Translations under genes and position numbers: made by a program
The notes under the pieces: model-generated
The model's database searches: none
Told to the model about the DNA's origin: nothing
The model's input: only the letters and a program-made list of their open reading frames with translations
Shown: positions 33,246-43,796 of the stretch, piece by piece
Numbering within the stretch: the stretch's first letter is position 1
Layout of the letters: every line of letters starts with the position of its first letter
DNA from: an uncultured Chloroflexia bacterium
GTDB taxonomy: Bacteria > Chloroflexota > Anaerolineae > CG2-30-64-16
Assembly: GCA_963774265.1 (NCBI GenBank)
Contig: CAVZDU010000001.1
Span: 1,148,531 to 1,212,530 of the forward strand
DNA: 64,000 bases
Direction of reading: 5' to 3'

Positions 33246-34940
33246 GTTACTGCTCAGCGATAATGTCCGCTAATTGCTCAGCGAAAATGTCCAAGCCGAC
33301 TGCAAGTCGTTAAGGTGCTGATTGCGATTATGGCAGCGCTTGCCGAGACAAAAGCAGGTGGCCGAGCGCCCGCTCAGACAGTGACTACTGCTGGCTACGC
33401 AGCACGGGGTTTTGCGCTTTGGCCCGATGTAGGGGCGGAAGCCGGCGGCACGGCGAAGAGGCAGAGTGGGACGAATCTGGTTCGCCCGCCCTGCCTCCCC
33501 TACACCGGGCCTGCGACGGCGCTCGGAGGCGCTCCCCAGCGTTGCTCCTATCCTCCGCGCAGGTTGGGCCAGTTTAGCACAGGTGGGGCCACCCGTACAG
33601 GCTGGGCAACTAGCGCTGGCCATACAGCCACGCCCGCTGTTTCGCCTTGGCGTGCGGTTCAACCGGCAGCTTGGACCAGGCTGGCTCCGGGGTTGGGGCC
33701 GGCCGGGTGGCGGGTGCGGCCAGGAGCGGCCGATAAGTGAGCCGCTGGCGGCCGTGGTAGACATAGATCTCGCCTTCAGGCACCACATGCACCGTCACCG
33801 TCTGGCTAACGAGGCTGGGCTGCGTGCGGCGCGGGCAGGAGTTGCAGCCACTGACCGGCAAAGCGAATGCAGTGGTCGGCCCGCACTTTGCGAGTTTCGC
33901 GCACGGCGAAGTAGTAGGCGTGATCGAAGATGACCGGCAGTGGCACCCAAGCGCTGTCGGGATCGCGTGCTGGTCTGGCGAAGCGGGCATTGTAGCGCGT
34001 CATGAAGCTGGGCAGAAAGGCATTGGCGTCCTGCAAGGTGGTCACGCCCGCCAGACGCAGTTCCTTGGTCAGACGATCTTGCAGCGTGGCCCACAAACGC
34101 TCAATGCGGCCCTTGGCTTGCGGCGAGTGGGCCGTGATCGACTCGATACCCAATTCGGCCATCATGCGTTGCACCTGGCTCATGGGTGGCTGGCCAGCCA
34201 ACTCATCGTCGAGCGTCGGCTGTTTCGGTGAGCGCAGGATCGTGTGGCGGTCGTGGTAGATGCTCATGGGGAGGCCGTAGGTCTCGGCGATGGTCCGCAG
34301 CAGGAGCAGATAGCCCACTTGATCCTCCGTTGGCCGAAACAGCAGAAAGAGTACCTGCCCGTCGCATCGTCAATGGCCCCGATCAAGCTGGCCTTCGGGC
34401 CACGTTCTTCCAGCCAAGCGAACGGACTGCCGTCGATTTGCAGCAGCATGCCTTCGGCCGCCCGCCGGACCCGGCGGCGACGATGCACCGCCGAAGCCAC
34501 TGCCACCGACGAGCGCAAGCCCGCCTGACGTAGCAGGCGGTCCAGCGTCGAACGGCCGATGACGATCTGCTCGACGTGCGCCAGCAGCTCCTGCATGTGG
34601 CACACGTTCAGGTCGTGGTACTTGCCGCCCGGCACCGCCAGGGCCAGAATCTGGGCCACCACTTCTGGTGGGGTGCAATTGGCCGGCGTCCGGTCATGAC
34701 TACCATGCACGACGACCGCCATACCCTCTTGGCGGAAACGCACCCGCAAACGCCGGACTTGCCGCGTGCTAACCCCCAGCAGTTCAGCCGCTGTCGCTAC
34801 GTCCAGGGCCTCAGCCGCCAAGCGGGTCAGTATCTCCGTCTTACGCTGCTGTTCTGGGTTCAAGGTAATTGTCCTCATCGTTCAAGTATGCGGACATTTT
34901 CCCTGAGCAGTTAACCCGGACATTTTCGCTGAGCAGTGAC
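33246..34940 (-). mobile_element. rve-type (DDE integrase) insertion sequence, ~1.7 kb, IS1202/ISNCY-like
   Basis: ~50-bp terminal inverted repeats, each holding two copies of CTGCTCAGCGAAAATGTCC-like sites (GTTACTGCTCAGCGATAATGTCCG...TGCTCAGCGAAAATGTCC versus the reverse complement GTCACTGCTCAGCGAAAATGTCCG...TGCTCAGGGAAAATGTCC). Flanked by the 19-bp direct repeat. Confidence 0.7.
33610..34878 (-). CDS. HTH plus rve-domain transposase, with at least 2 frame breaks
   Basis: ORF 34264..34878 (HTH; LLQIDGSPFAWLEERGPK), ORF 33806..34318 (YHDRHTIL...AHSPQAKGRIERLWATLQDRL), ORF 33610..33990 (C-terminal barrel). Confidence 0.7.
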
Positions 34941-34959
34941 ACACTACCGAATTCGCGCT
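34941..34959 (+). repeat. 19-bp direct repeat, right copy
   Basis: ACACTACCGAATTCGCGCT. Its last T is the first base of the -35 hexamer below. Confidence 0.85.
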
Positions 34960-34987
34960 TGACATGAATCCGTTGGTGTGCTATATT
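34959..34987 (+). promoter_or_regulatory. Near-consensus promoter of the T-box leader
   Basis: TTGACA, 17-nt spacer, TATATT. Confidence 0.6.
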
Positions 34988-35009
34988 GACCGCACAATTG
35001 AATACGCCA

Positions 35010-35368
35010 CACAAAGGCGATGAACCGGACGAGTACGCATGCATCCACGATGTGGGTGAGCGAGGCGTCAGAGAGCGGGCCAACTGCTGCGAGGCCCGCG
35101 CCAGAGCACGTGCCGAATGGACCGGGGAGCTGCCAGTTGAAAGCATTGCAAGGTGCGAGTAGACCAGGCCGGAACGCCACCGTTAGCAAGGCGAGGGGAT
35201 CGGATAGGTCTTCGTGGCAATGATAGCCATGTATGGACCGCGTCCCGTCCCTGCAATGAGTGAGATTGGCCGCACGATTACTTTCGCGGGATGGCCGATC
35301 TAACTGGGGTGGCACCACGGGCGTCTTTTGACCCTCGTCCCCTTTTTGGGGGCGAGGGTTTTCTGTTT
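35010..35368 (+). promoter_or_regulatory. T-box riboswitch leader, tryptophan-specific (UGG specifier)
   Basis: GCGAUGA K-turn-like start, then AGUA...GAA-UGG-A specifier loop (UGG at 35118-35120). T-box sequence AACUGGGGUGGCACCACGG (~35301-35320). Terminator GACCCUCGUCCCC/GGGGCGAGGGU plus UUUCUGUUU (35330-35368). A Trp-biosynthesis gene lies downstream. Confidence 0.8.
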
Positions 35369-35448
35369 AACTTCTGGCGGGCAAACCCCTCCCCTCCGCA
35401 CATCGTCGTATCGGCCCGTCATAATTATTCTACTCGGGAGGGAACACC

Positions 35449-36845
35449 ATGTCACTCGCATCAATCGCCAACGGTCTGACCGAAGACTACCGCATCGTCC
35501 TGCCCCAGTCGCGCATCCCCACGCACTGGTACAACATCCTGGCCGACATGCCGGTGCCGCATGCCCCGGTGCTGCACCCCGGCACCCGCCAGCCCGTCGG
35601 CCCGGCCGACCTGTCGCGCCGCTCTTCCCGATGGAGCTGATCATGCAGGAGGTCAGCCGCGAACGCTACATCCCGATCCCGGACGAAGTGCGCGACATCT
35701 ACCGGCTGTGGCGGCCCACGCCGCTGATCCGCGCCGTGCGGCTGGAGAAGGCGCTGGACACCCCGGCGCACATCTACTACAAGAACGAGAGCGTCAGCCC
35801 CAGCGGCAGCCACAAGCTGAACACCGCGGTGCCGCAGGCCTACTACAACAAGCAGGAAGGGATCCAGAGCATCGTCCACCGAGACCGGCGCCGGCCAGTG
35901 GGGCTGTGCGCTGGCCATCGCGGGCGACATGTTCAAGATGGCCATCGACAGTCTACATGGTGAAGATCAGCTACCAGCAGAAGCCGTACCGCCGCTCGGT
36001 GATGCAGGCCTACGGCGCCACCGTCACCCCCAGCCCGTCGGACCGCACGGCAGCCGGCCGCACGATCCTGGCGCGGAACCCGAACAGCACCGGCAGCCTG
36101 GGCATCGCCATCTCCGAGGCGGTGGAGGTTGCCGCCACGAGCGGCGGCAAGACGAAGTACTCGCTCGGCTCTGTGCTGAACCACGTCCTGCTGCACCAGA
36201 CCGTCATCGGCCAGGAGGCGCTGGACGGCATGGCCGAGATCGGCGAGTATCCCGGACGTGGTGATCGGCTGCGTGGGCGGCGGCTCGAACTTCGGCGGGA
36301 TCGCCTTCCCGTTCTTGCACAAGACGCTGACCGAAGGGGTGAAGACCAGGTTCCTGGCCATCGAGCCGGCTTCCTGCCCCACGCTTGACCCGGGGCACGT
36401 ACACCTACGACTTCGGCGACACCGTCGGGCTTGACCCCGCTGGTCAAGATGTACACCCTGGGCCACGACTTCGTGCCGGCATCGATCCACGCCGGCGGCC
36501 TGCGCTATCACGGTATGTCCCCGATCATCTCAGCGCTGGTGAACGCCGGCTACATCGAGCCGCGCGCCTACGGGCAGAACCAATGCTTCGAGGCGGCGAT
36601 CATGTTCGCCCGCAACGAGGGGATCATCCCCGCGCCGGAGACCAGCCACGCCATCCGCGCGGCGATCGACGAGGCGCTGGCCGCCAAGGAGACGGGCGAG
36701 AAGAAGGTGATCCTGTTCAACCTGTCGGGCCACGGCCACTTCGACATGGCCGCCTACGACGCCTACCTGGCCGGCCAGCTGACCGACAACGGCTTCTCCG
36801 CAGAGGCGATGGCGAAGTCGCTGGCGCCGTGCCGCAAGTGCGTAA
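35449..36845 (+). CDS. trpB: TrpB2-type tryptophan synthase beta-like PLP enzyme, with at least 6 frame breaks. The 3' end is uncertain.
   Basis: [86 protein letters not shown], spread over ORFs 35449.., 35328.., 35929.., 35561.., 36385.. and 36431... TAA 36843-36845 is the only stop before the terminator hairpin. Confidence 0.8.
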
Positions 36846-36868
36846 CGGACGATGGACGATCGACTACC

Positions 36869-36906
36869 GACGACAGGCCGACACTGACGGTCTGTCGTCC
36901 GTTTTT
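36869..36906 (+). terminator. Rho-independent terminator after trpB2
   Basis: GACGACAG ... CTGTCGTC followed by cGTTTTT. Confidence 0.6.
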
Positions 36907-36951
36907 GACATTCGGCGTCGTTTTCGCGGATAATAGCAGCAGGAAGTCATT

Positions 36952-36979
36952 CTCGGCGCCGCGCGGCGCCGAGTTCTTT
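36952..36979 (+). terminator. Second GC-rich hairpin with a T-rich tail
   Basis: CTCGGCGCC gcgc GGCGCCGAG followed by TTCTTT. Confidence 0.4.
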
Positions 36980-36996
36980 GAAGAGGGGGGAATTCG

Positions 36997-37195
36997 ATGG
37001 CTCAAGCAACTAAGATGGGTGCGGACACCGCAACCTTGGAGAAACGCCGCAAGGCACTGACCGGCCACAATGTGCACCAAGTGCGGGCAGGATGTCGCGT
37101 TCGGCGATCTGCTGATGGTGAAGGTGATGCAGATGGAAGAAGGCCGGCCGCGTTCGCACCAGGTGATTTATCATCGCAAGTGCTACACGATCTAG
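36997..37195 (+). CDS. Possible small CxxC protein (frame break, or a separate 41-aa ORF starting at MCTKCG)
   Basis: [21 protein letters not shown]..., then in the +1 frame [43 protein letters not shown], followed by a terminator hairpin. Confidence 0.3.
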
Positions 37196-37217
37196 GCTGT
37201 CCTGCCAGCTCACAAGA

Positions 37218-37250
37218 GACGCGCTTCCTTGACAAGAGGAGCGCGTTTTT
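37218..37250. terminator. Hairpin with T-run between convergent genes
   Basis: GACGCGCTtCCT ... AGGAGCGCG followed by TTTTTGTTT. Confidence 0.45.
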
Positions 37251-37252
37251 GT

Positions 37253-38011
37253 TTACTGTTCTCGTGCCCTTTGGAACCCCATCAAGGTTGACGCGATCAT
37301 CCAGAGGATGGACCCCACTACCACGTTCACGATGACGGTGAGCAGGAAAGCGAGGGTCAACACCCGGAGCGCGTCGAGGATGTTGGCGCGCAGGGCCACG
37401 TCAAAGAAGCTGAAAGCGCCTAACACCCACGCAATAAGCAGCACGCCGCTCACGTAGAGGCTGGCCAACAGCCACGGTTTCCGATCGGCCCGGCTGGGCA
37501 TCATGGCATTGCTGACCGTGAAGATGACATAGAGCCACAGCCAGAAATCCGGTGTTTGCGGCATGGTGCGCACACTGCGAAGGAAGCCATTCCAGCCTTC
37601 AACATTCCACATGCGACCCAGTGTGCCGACGTCGAACACTGTATAGCTGACGAGAAGCAATACACTTGTTCCGGCCACGAACGGCGCCACGCCTACCAGG
37701 CTATCGCGGATCGTCCCGCCCGAATATACGCTGACCGAACCCAACTCGATCGAGTTGGAGTTTTTGCGTTTTCGAGGCCCAAGCCGGAAGTCGGTCACCT
37801 TGACGCCGAGCACCTTGGCCGTCACAAAATGGCTGAGCTCATGGAGGAGGATGCCGGGGAACATCAGCAGGTAGTAGCCAATCATCGTGATGTTTTCGTC
37901 GCCACTGAGCAGCCAGCCGATGGTCTGAACCTGGCGCGTCACCCAGCGGCCCAGTTGGATCAGCACAACCAGGGTAACGGAGAAGACTATTGATTGGGAG
38001 AGCAGGGACAT
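37253..38011 (-). CDS. Polytopic membrane protein with an HExxH motif (M50/site-2-protease-like)
   Basis: LLHELSHFVTAKVLGV lies within a TM helix. Start taken at MSLLSQ (38011) to avoid overlapping tpiA. Confidence 0.5.
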   Translation of the reverse strand: MSLLSQSIVFSVTLVVLIQLGRWVTRQVQTIGWLLSGDENITMIGYYLLMFPGILLHELSHFVTAKVLGVKVTDFRLGPRKRKNSNSIELGSVSVYSGGTIRDSLVGVAPFVAGTSVLLLVSYTVFDVGTLGRMWNVEGWNGFLRSVRTMPQTPDFWLWLYVIFTVSNAMMPSRADRKPWLLASLYVSGVLLIAWVLGAFSFFDVALRANILDALRVLTLAFLLTVIVNVVVGSILWMIASTLMGFQRAREQ

Positions 38012-38075
38012 GCAGGCTTGAGCTTTCCGAGGGAATCGTAGGGGCGCGCTGCGCAGCCCACCCCTACCTGTGTGA

Positions 38076-38837
38076 CTACTGCTTGCTGGTGATCCGCACC
38101 ATCTCAGAGAATCCGTCGAGCTTGAGGCTGGCGCCACCGATGAGGGCGCCGTCGATGTCTGGCATGCTCATCAACTCGCCGATGTTCTTCTCGTTGGCAC
38201 TGCCGCCATATTGAATCCGGATGCTTTGCGCGACCGCTTCGCCGTACAGTTCGGCCAGCGCACCGCGCACCACAATGCCGCACACTCGGTTGGCCACGGC
38301 TGATGTCGCCGTCTTGCCAGTGCCGATAGCCCAGATCGGTTCGTAGGCCACGACAGTTTTCTGCGCCTCCTCTGCGGTGATGCCCGAAAACGCAGCACGA
38401 ACCTGGCCACTGACGAACTCATCGGTTTCTCCGCGCTCGTTCTGCGCCAGGTTCTCACCCACGCAGACAATGGGGATCAGGCCATGCACCAGTGCGGCCT
38501 TGATCTTCTTGTTCACGCTTTCGTCGGTCTCAGCGAAGTATTCGCGGCGCTCTGAGTGGCCGATGATCACGTACTCAGCCAATCCTTTGAGCATCGATGC
38601 TGAAACCTCGCCCGTGTACGCACCGCTATCAGCCCAATGCAGGTTCTGTGCGCCGACGCCGATCCTCACGCCAGCCAGCGCATCGGCCACGCCGGGCAAG
38701 GCTACGAAGGGCACGCACACAACAACTTCAACGTTCTCGTACTTGGTGATCAGCGGGCGCAGCGCCCGCACGAACTCGACGGCCTCGGCTGGCGTCTTGT
38801 TCATCTTCCAGTTGCCGGCCAGAATGGATTTTCGCAT
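38076..38837 (-). CDS. tpiA: Triosephosphate isomerase
   Basis: [34 protein letters not shown]. Intact, 253 aa. Confidence 0.92.
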   Translation of the reverse strand: MRKSILAGNWKMNKTPAEAVEFVRALRPLITKYENVEVVVCVPFVALPGVADALAGVRIGVGAQNLHWADSGAYTGEVSASMLKGLAEYVIIGHSERREYFAETDESVNKKIKAALVHGLIPIVCVGENLAQNERGETDEFVSGQVRAAFSGITAEEAQKTVVAYEPIWAIGTGKTATSAVANRVCGIVVRGALAELYGEAVAQSIRIQYGGSANEKNIGELMSMPDIDGALIGGASLKLDGFSEMVRITSKQ

Positions 38838-38870
38838 GGATCACTCCTCGATTATGTGGTGGTTCAGACC

Positions 38871-39266
38871 CTACTCGCCGCGTTCCGCCCTCAGGCGCGC
38901 CTGTTCTGCCTGCCATTGAGCGAGCAAGACCGGATATTCCTCCGACGTGATGAGCTTGCCTCCGGCCGCGTCGCTATCCAGCACCGCCTTCTTTGCCTTA
39001 TCGAAATGCAGCGTGACTTCCACTGTCTGGAAGCAGTAGTACTTTCCGCTCCCCGTCAGCCCCTTACGAACGAGCCACGTCCCGTCATCCTCTTGGCTAG
39101 CATCGTTGCGCAGGTCGATGCGTGTGCGCAGCGGCTCACCACACCGACGGCATTGAGCGTAGGTCCAATAGATCCAGTCTTCATCTCCGAAACCGCTGCG
39201 GCCACCGCCACTGGACGCGGTTGATTTGCCGCTCAACACCTTCTTCAGACTGTCCAGAAAGCCCAT
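38871..39266 (-). CDS. Hypothetical protein (131 aa) between pgk and tpiA
   Basis: [14 protein letters not shown]..., a CRRCGEPL motif, and a C-terminal helical tail. No family recognised. Confidence 0.5.
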   Translation of the reverse strand: MGFLDSLKKVLSGKSTASSGGGRSGFGDEDWIYWTYAQCRRCGEPLRTRIDLRNDASQEDDGTWLVRKGLTGSGKYYCFQTVEVTLHFDKAKKAVLDSDAAGGKLITSEEYPVLLAQWQAEQARLRAERGE

Positions 39267-39387
39267 GCTCTGCTCCTCTCGTGTACGCGCACCCGAAGCG
39301 CGGCGGCGTGGCACAGTTATGAAATGCCCGCTGGGATGATGGTCCGCAGCGGGCAGTGTATCACAAGACGGCGGGGCGGCCGCGGAC

Positions 39388-40568
39388 CTACTTGTCGTTC
39401 AGCGCGGCCACGCCCGGCAGCTCCTTGCCTTCGAGGAACTCCAGAGATCGCGCCGCCGCCGGTGGAGACGTGCGTCATCTTCTTGGCGACGCCTGCCTTC
39501 TTGACCGCGCTGGCGCTGTCACCGCCGCCGATGACGGTGGTGGCGCCGATCTCTGCCAGCAGCCTGGCGATGGCGAAGGTGCCCTCGGCGAACTTCGGCA
39601 TCTCGAACACACCCATCGGGCCGTTCCAGACGACCAGTTTGGCGGTCTTGAGCATATCGCCGAACAGCTGCGATGCTCTTCGGGACCGATGTCCATGATG
39701 CGCCAGCCCGCGGGCACCTTGTCGACATCGACGACCTGGCTGTTGGCCTCGGCGTCGAACTTGTCGGCCACGACCGCATCCACCGGCAGCAGCAGCTTGT
39801 CGCCGGCCTTGGCCATGATGGCCTTGGCGGTTTCGACGGAGCTGGCCTCCACCAGGCTGTCGGCCATGTCGTAGCCTTTGGCCTGCCAGGAAGGTGTTCG
39901 CCATGCCGCCGCCGATGATCAGCGTGTCGCACTTGGCCAGCAGGTTCTCGACGACCAGGATCTTGTCGCTGATCTTGGCGCCGCCCAGGATGGCGACGTA
40001 CGGTCGGGCCGGGTTGTCGGTGGCCCGGCCCAGGTACTCCAGCTCTTGCTCCATCAGGAAGCCGGAGACCGCGGGCAGGAAGCGCGCCACACCTTCGGTG
40101 GAGGCATGCGCACGGTGCGCCGAGCCGAACGCGTCGTTGACGTAGACATCGCCCAGCCCGCCATCTGCTTGGCCAAGTGCGAGATCGTTCTTTTCCTCGC
40201 CTTGTGGAAGCGCGTGTTTTCCAGCATCAGCACGTCGCCGGGCTTCAGCGCCTCAGCCATCGTCTCGACCTCGGGGCCGACGCAATCGGGCGCCATCTGC
40301 ACCGGCTTGCCCAGCAGCTTGCCCAGCGCCTCGGCCGCGGCCTTCAGGCTGAACTCGGGATCGAACCCGGTGCCCTTGGGCCGACCCAGGTGGCTCATCA
40401 GGATCAGCGACGCGCCCTGCTCCAGAACGTATTGGATGGTAGGCAGCGCCGCGCGGATACGCTTGTCGTCGGTCACGACGCCTGCTCAGCCATCGGCACA
40501 TTGAAATCGACGCGCATGAGCACGCGTTTGCCCTTCAGATCGATGTCGCGAACGGTTTTCTTGTTCAT
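39388..40568 (-). CDS. pgk: Phosphoglycerate kinase, with at least 4 frame breaks
   Basis: [104 protein letters not shown] (39388-39390). Confidence 0.85.
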
Positions 40569-40630
40569 GGATCCTCGACGAGACAAAGACGTCAGGAGAC
40601 GATGGTCACTGTCCATGTCCATCGTCGTAG

Positions 40631-41687
40631 TTACAGCTTGCCCGCCATCATGGCGGCGAGGTCCGCCGTGCGGACGCTGTAGCCCCATTCGTTGTCGTAC
40701 CAGGTGACGACCTTGATGAAGTCGTTCTTTTCCTTGCCGAGCACCATGGTGAACGGCAGGTCAACCGACGAGCTGTGGGGATCGCCCTTGTAGTCGATGG
40801 AGACCAACGGCTCATCCACTGCGGCCAGGATGCCCTTCATGGGGCCGGCAGCCGCGTCGCGGAAGGCCTGGCGCAGCTCCTCGGTGGTGGTCGGCTTTTC
40901 GATCTGGGCGGTGAAGTCTACAACCGAGACGGTCGAGGTCGGCACACGCAGCGCATAACCGTCGAACTTGCCCTTCAGGTCGGGGATGACCAACGCGACG
41001 GCCTTGGCGGCGCCGGTGGTCGTCGGGATGATGCTCATGGCGGCGGCGCGTGCCCGGCGCAGATCGCTGTGGGGCATGTCCAGGATTTTCTGGTCGTTGG
41101 TATACGCGTGGATCGTGGTCATCAAGCCGCGCATGATGCTTGAAGTTGTCGTTGACGACCTTGGCTGCGGGCGCCAGACAGTTGGTGGTGCAGGAGGCGT
41201 TGGAGACGACATTGTGATTTACGGGATCGTACTTGTCATCGTTCACACCCATGACGATGGTGATATCCTCACCCTCGGAGGGGGCGGAAATGATGACTTT
41301 CTTGGCGCCGCCCTTGGTGATGTGGTTCTCGGCGCCCTGGACGGTCTTGCCTTTCTTATTGACGCCGTCTTTCTTGATCGTGAAGAGGCCGGTTGACTCG
41401 ACCACGATTTCGACACCCATATCACCCCATGGGATTTTGCCGGGATCGGTCTCCTTGAATGTTCTGACGGGCTTGCCGTCGATCAGCAAGCCGTTCTTCC
41501 TGAACCTCACTGTACCGTCGAAGCGTCCGTAGTTGCAGTCGTACTTCAGCAGATGCGCCATGGTCTTCAGATCGCCGATGTCGTTGAACGCCACGACCTC
41601 GAGTGCGTTGCCGTGGTAATCGCGAATCGCCTTGAGAACCTGTCGCCCGATGCGGCCGAAACCGTTGATACCAACTCGAACTGCCAT
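40631..41687 (-). CDS. gap: Glyceraldehyde-3-phosphate dehydrogenase, with one frame break at ~41140
   Basis: [27 protein letters not shown] (ORF 40812..41687), then [11 protein letters not shown]...WYDNEWGYS (ORF 40631..41212). Confidence 0.9.
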
Positions 41688-41745
41688 ACGTAGAACCTCC
41701 TTATGCGATGCCGCTCAGATTAAATCGGATTAGAATCGACCACGA

Positions 41746-42315
41746 TCAGTCGAACTCTCGCTGGTCAAATTGTACTGCTGCCCGGTAGTTGCGATCCAGC
41801 CGCTCGTACAGGCGGCCATTCTCGATGGCCAGGGCGCTGAGGCTGGCGATGGCTTCGGCCAACTCGCGCTCCTCCTCGCTGAATATGTGGACCTCGTCGG
41901 TGTAAACACGCAGTACGCCGATGGACAGGTCTTGCACTCGCAGGGCTGCCACCAGCACCGACACAATGCCTTCCTCCCGTGCTTCACCAGGGTACTGGAA
42001 GCGAGGATCGCTGCGCGCATCCTCGATCATTACCGGTTGGCCGCTCTGTAACGCCAGCTGGTCAATCTTACTATTCGCTACGAGCACCGGTCCCTTGGCC
42101 CGATAGCCGGCACTTAGACCGTGCGCCGCACCGAACATCAGGTGCTTGCCATCGGGCCCTAACAGGCGAAGCGAGCACGCCCTGGCCTCGAGTGCTTCTG
42201 TGGTAGAGACAACGATGGTTTGTAGGACCTGCATGATATCAAGCGAGGAGTTAACGGTACGCGCTACATGATAAAGGGTTTGGAAGGGGCGTCCGGAAGG
42301 CCCTATTGTGATCAT
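41746..42315 (-). CDS. Stand-alone GAF-domain protein
   Basis: 189 aa with the typical GAF pattern (LQTIVVSTTEALEARACSLRLL...SVLVAALRVQDLSIGVLRVY). Confidence 0.7.
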   Translation of the reverse strand: MITIGPSGRPFQTLYHVARTVNSSLDIMQVLQTIVVSTTEALEARACSLRLLGPDGKHLMFGAAHGLSAGYRAKGPVLVANSKIDQLALQSGQPVMIEDARSDPRFQYPGEAREEGIVSVLVAALRVQDLSIGVLRVYTDEVHIFSEEERELAEAIASLSALAIENGRLYERLDRNYRAAVQFDQREFD

Positions 42316-42329
42316 AGCAGCCGTTCCTC

Positions 42330-43700
42330 CTAATCGCCGATCAGCGCCATGAGCGCTTGGGCAAGTTTGATGGGATCGTGACGCCAGGGATACTGCCTAT
42401 CGACCAGATCGGCCAGGATCAGACGGTATTCACCTGGCTCACCCTCCGGCGGGTGCACCCACTCCGCACCGCCACCCAACGACCTGTCGGTCATCACATT
42501 CCCATTCGCAAGCACGATAGAGAAAACGTCGCGACCGACATGGCTTGTCAGAGCTTCAACGTGGTCGGTGACATTGTACCCAGTCGTTTCGCCTGCCTGG
42601 GTGGCGACGTTGCACACGTAAACTTTGAGCGCTGATGCGGACTGAAGCGCCGCGCGAAGATCCTGCACCAACAGGTTCGGGAGCACGCTGGTATACAGGC
42701 TGCCTGGCCCAATCACAATCAAGTCCGCATCCAGGATCGCCCGGATTGCCTTCGGATATGCCGGCGCATCTCCGGGTTGCAGATAAACTCGCTGGATGCG
42801 ACCGTTGGCGTGACCGATGTTGGACTCGCCATGCACCTGCGTTACCCGTGACCCACCGTTCGCCTGGATCAACTCGGGAGACAACACCTCAGCCGTCAAT
42901 GTTAACTGCGTCAAGGTGGAAGGCATGACCCGTCCCCGCACGGCCAGCACCCGGCTAGACTCTTCCAAGGCTGCCTCGAAGCTGCCGGTGATCGCTGTCA
43001 TAGCGGTCAGATACAGGTTGCCGAAGCTGTGGCCGTCGAGATCGGTGTTTTCTGCGAAACGGTACTGAAAAAGCTGAGAAACCAGCCCTTCGGCATCGGA
43101 CAGTGCTGCCAGGCAATTGCGGAAGTCGCCCGGCGGCAACATCCCCAGCTCTCGACGCAGTCGACCGCTGGAACCTCCGTCGTCGGCGACGGTGACAATG
43201 GCTGTTATGTTGTCGGTCTGTTTTTTGAGACCACGCAGCAAGGTGTTCAGCCCGTGTCCGCCGCCGATGGCCACAACCTTGGGTCCACGCTGGCGCTGCC
43301 GATGGCGGTACACAACATCAACCACCTCGGCTTGATCGCTATGTCGGAACGCTGACAAAAGTGTGCGGTTCAGCTCAAAAACGGCGACCGCAACAACGAC
43401 CAGCCCCACTCCCAGGAGGGTGACGACCTCAGCTATCGGGTTGACATGGGGGGTGTGGAGCCGCTGAAAGAAGCTCCAGACACCGGAGATGCGCGGTAGC
43501 CCGGTGACGGCCAGAACAAGGAGCATGAGACCGACAGCGAGCAGGGCCAACCAGCGCTTGACGCCCATCCCGGGGCGCAACCACTTCCACTGGCTGAATC
43601 GTCTCACCCACCGCCCCATCGCCACCTCGTGCACAATCTGTAACAGTATAGTCGAGAGAGACGCGAAAGTCAAAGCTACAACGCTTATTTCTTCGTGCAA
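42330..43700 (-). CDS. YvcK/CofD-like (UPF0052, gluconeogenesis-factor family) protein with an N-terminal TM extension. The start is uncertain.
   Basis: VVAIGGGHGLNTLLRGLKKQTDNITAIVTVADDGGSSGRLRRELGMLPPGDFRNC. Confidence 0.75.
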   Translation of the reverse strand: MHEEISVVALTFASLSTILLQIVHEVAMGRWVRRFSQWKWLRPGMGVKRWLALLAVGLMLLVLAVTGLPRISGVWSFFQRLHTPHVNPIAEVVTLLGVGLVVVAVAVFELNRTLLSAFRHSDQAEVVDVVYRHRQRQRGPKVVAIGGGHGLNTLLRGLKKQTDNITAIVTVADDGGSSGRLRRELGMLPPGDFRNCLAALSDAEGLVSQLFQYRFAENTDLDGHSFGNLYLTAMTAITGSFEAALEESSRVLAVRGRVMPSTLTQLTLTAEVLSPELIQANGGSRVTQVHGESNIGHANGRIQRVYLQPGDAPAYPKAIRAILDADLIVIGPGSLYTSVLPNLLVQDLRAALQSASALKVYVCNVATQAGETTGYNVTDHVEALTSHVGRDVFSIVLANGNVMTDRSLGGGAEWVHPPEGEPGEYRLILADLVDRQYPWRHDPIKLAQALMALIGD

Positions 43701-43796
43701 TTTGACACGAACGGGCCTTAAGAGTAGCAGGTGAGCGTTTGATTTGCGGCAGGATACGCATGGGTGCGGGCCGCCGCGACATTAGAAAGGAGAAAA

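Noticed and set aside
35020-35479. ORFs 35020-35223 and 35291-35479 as small protein genes upstream of trpB2
   Set aside because: They overlap the Stem I/specifier and the T-box/terminator elements of a well-formed T-box leader. Neither has a Shine-Dalgarno sequence or a plausible protein sequence.
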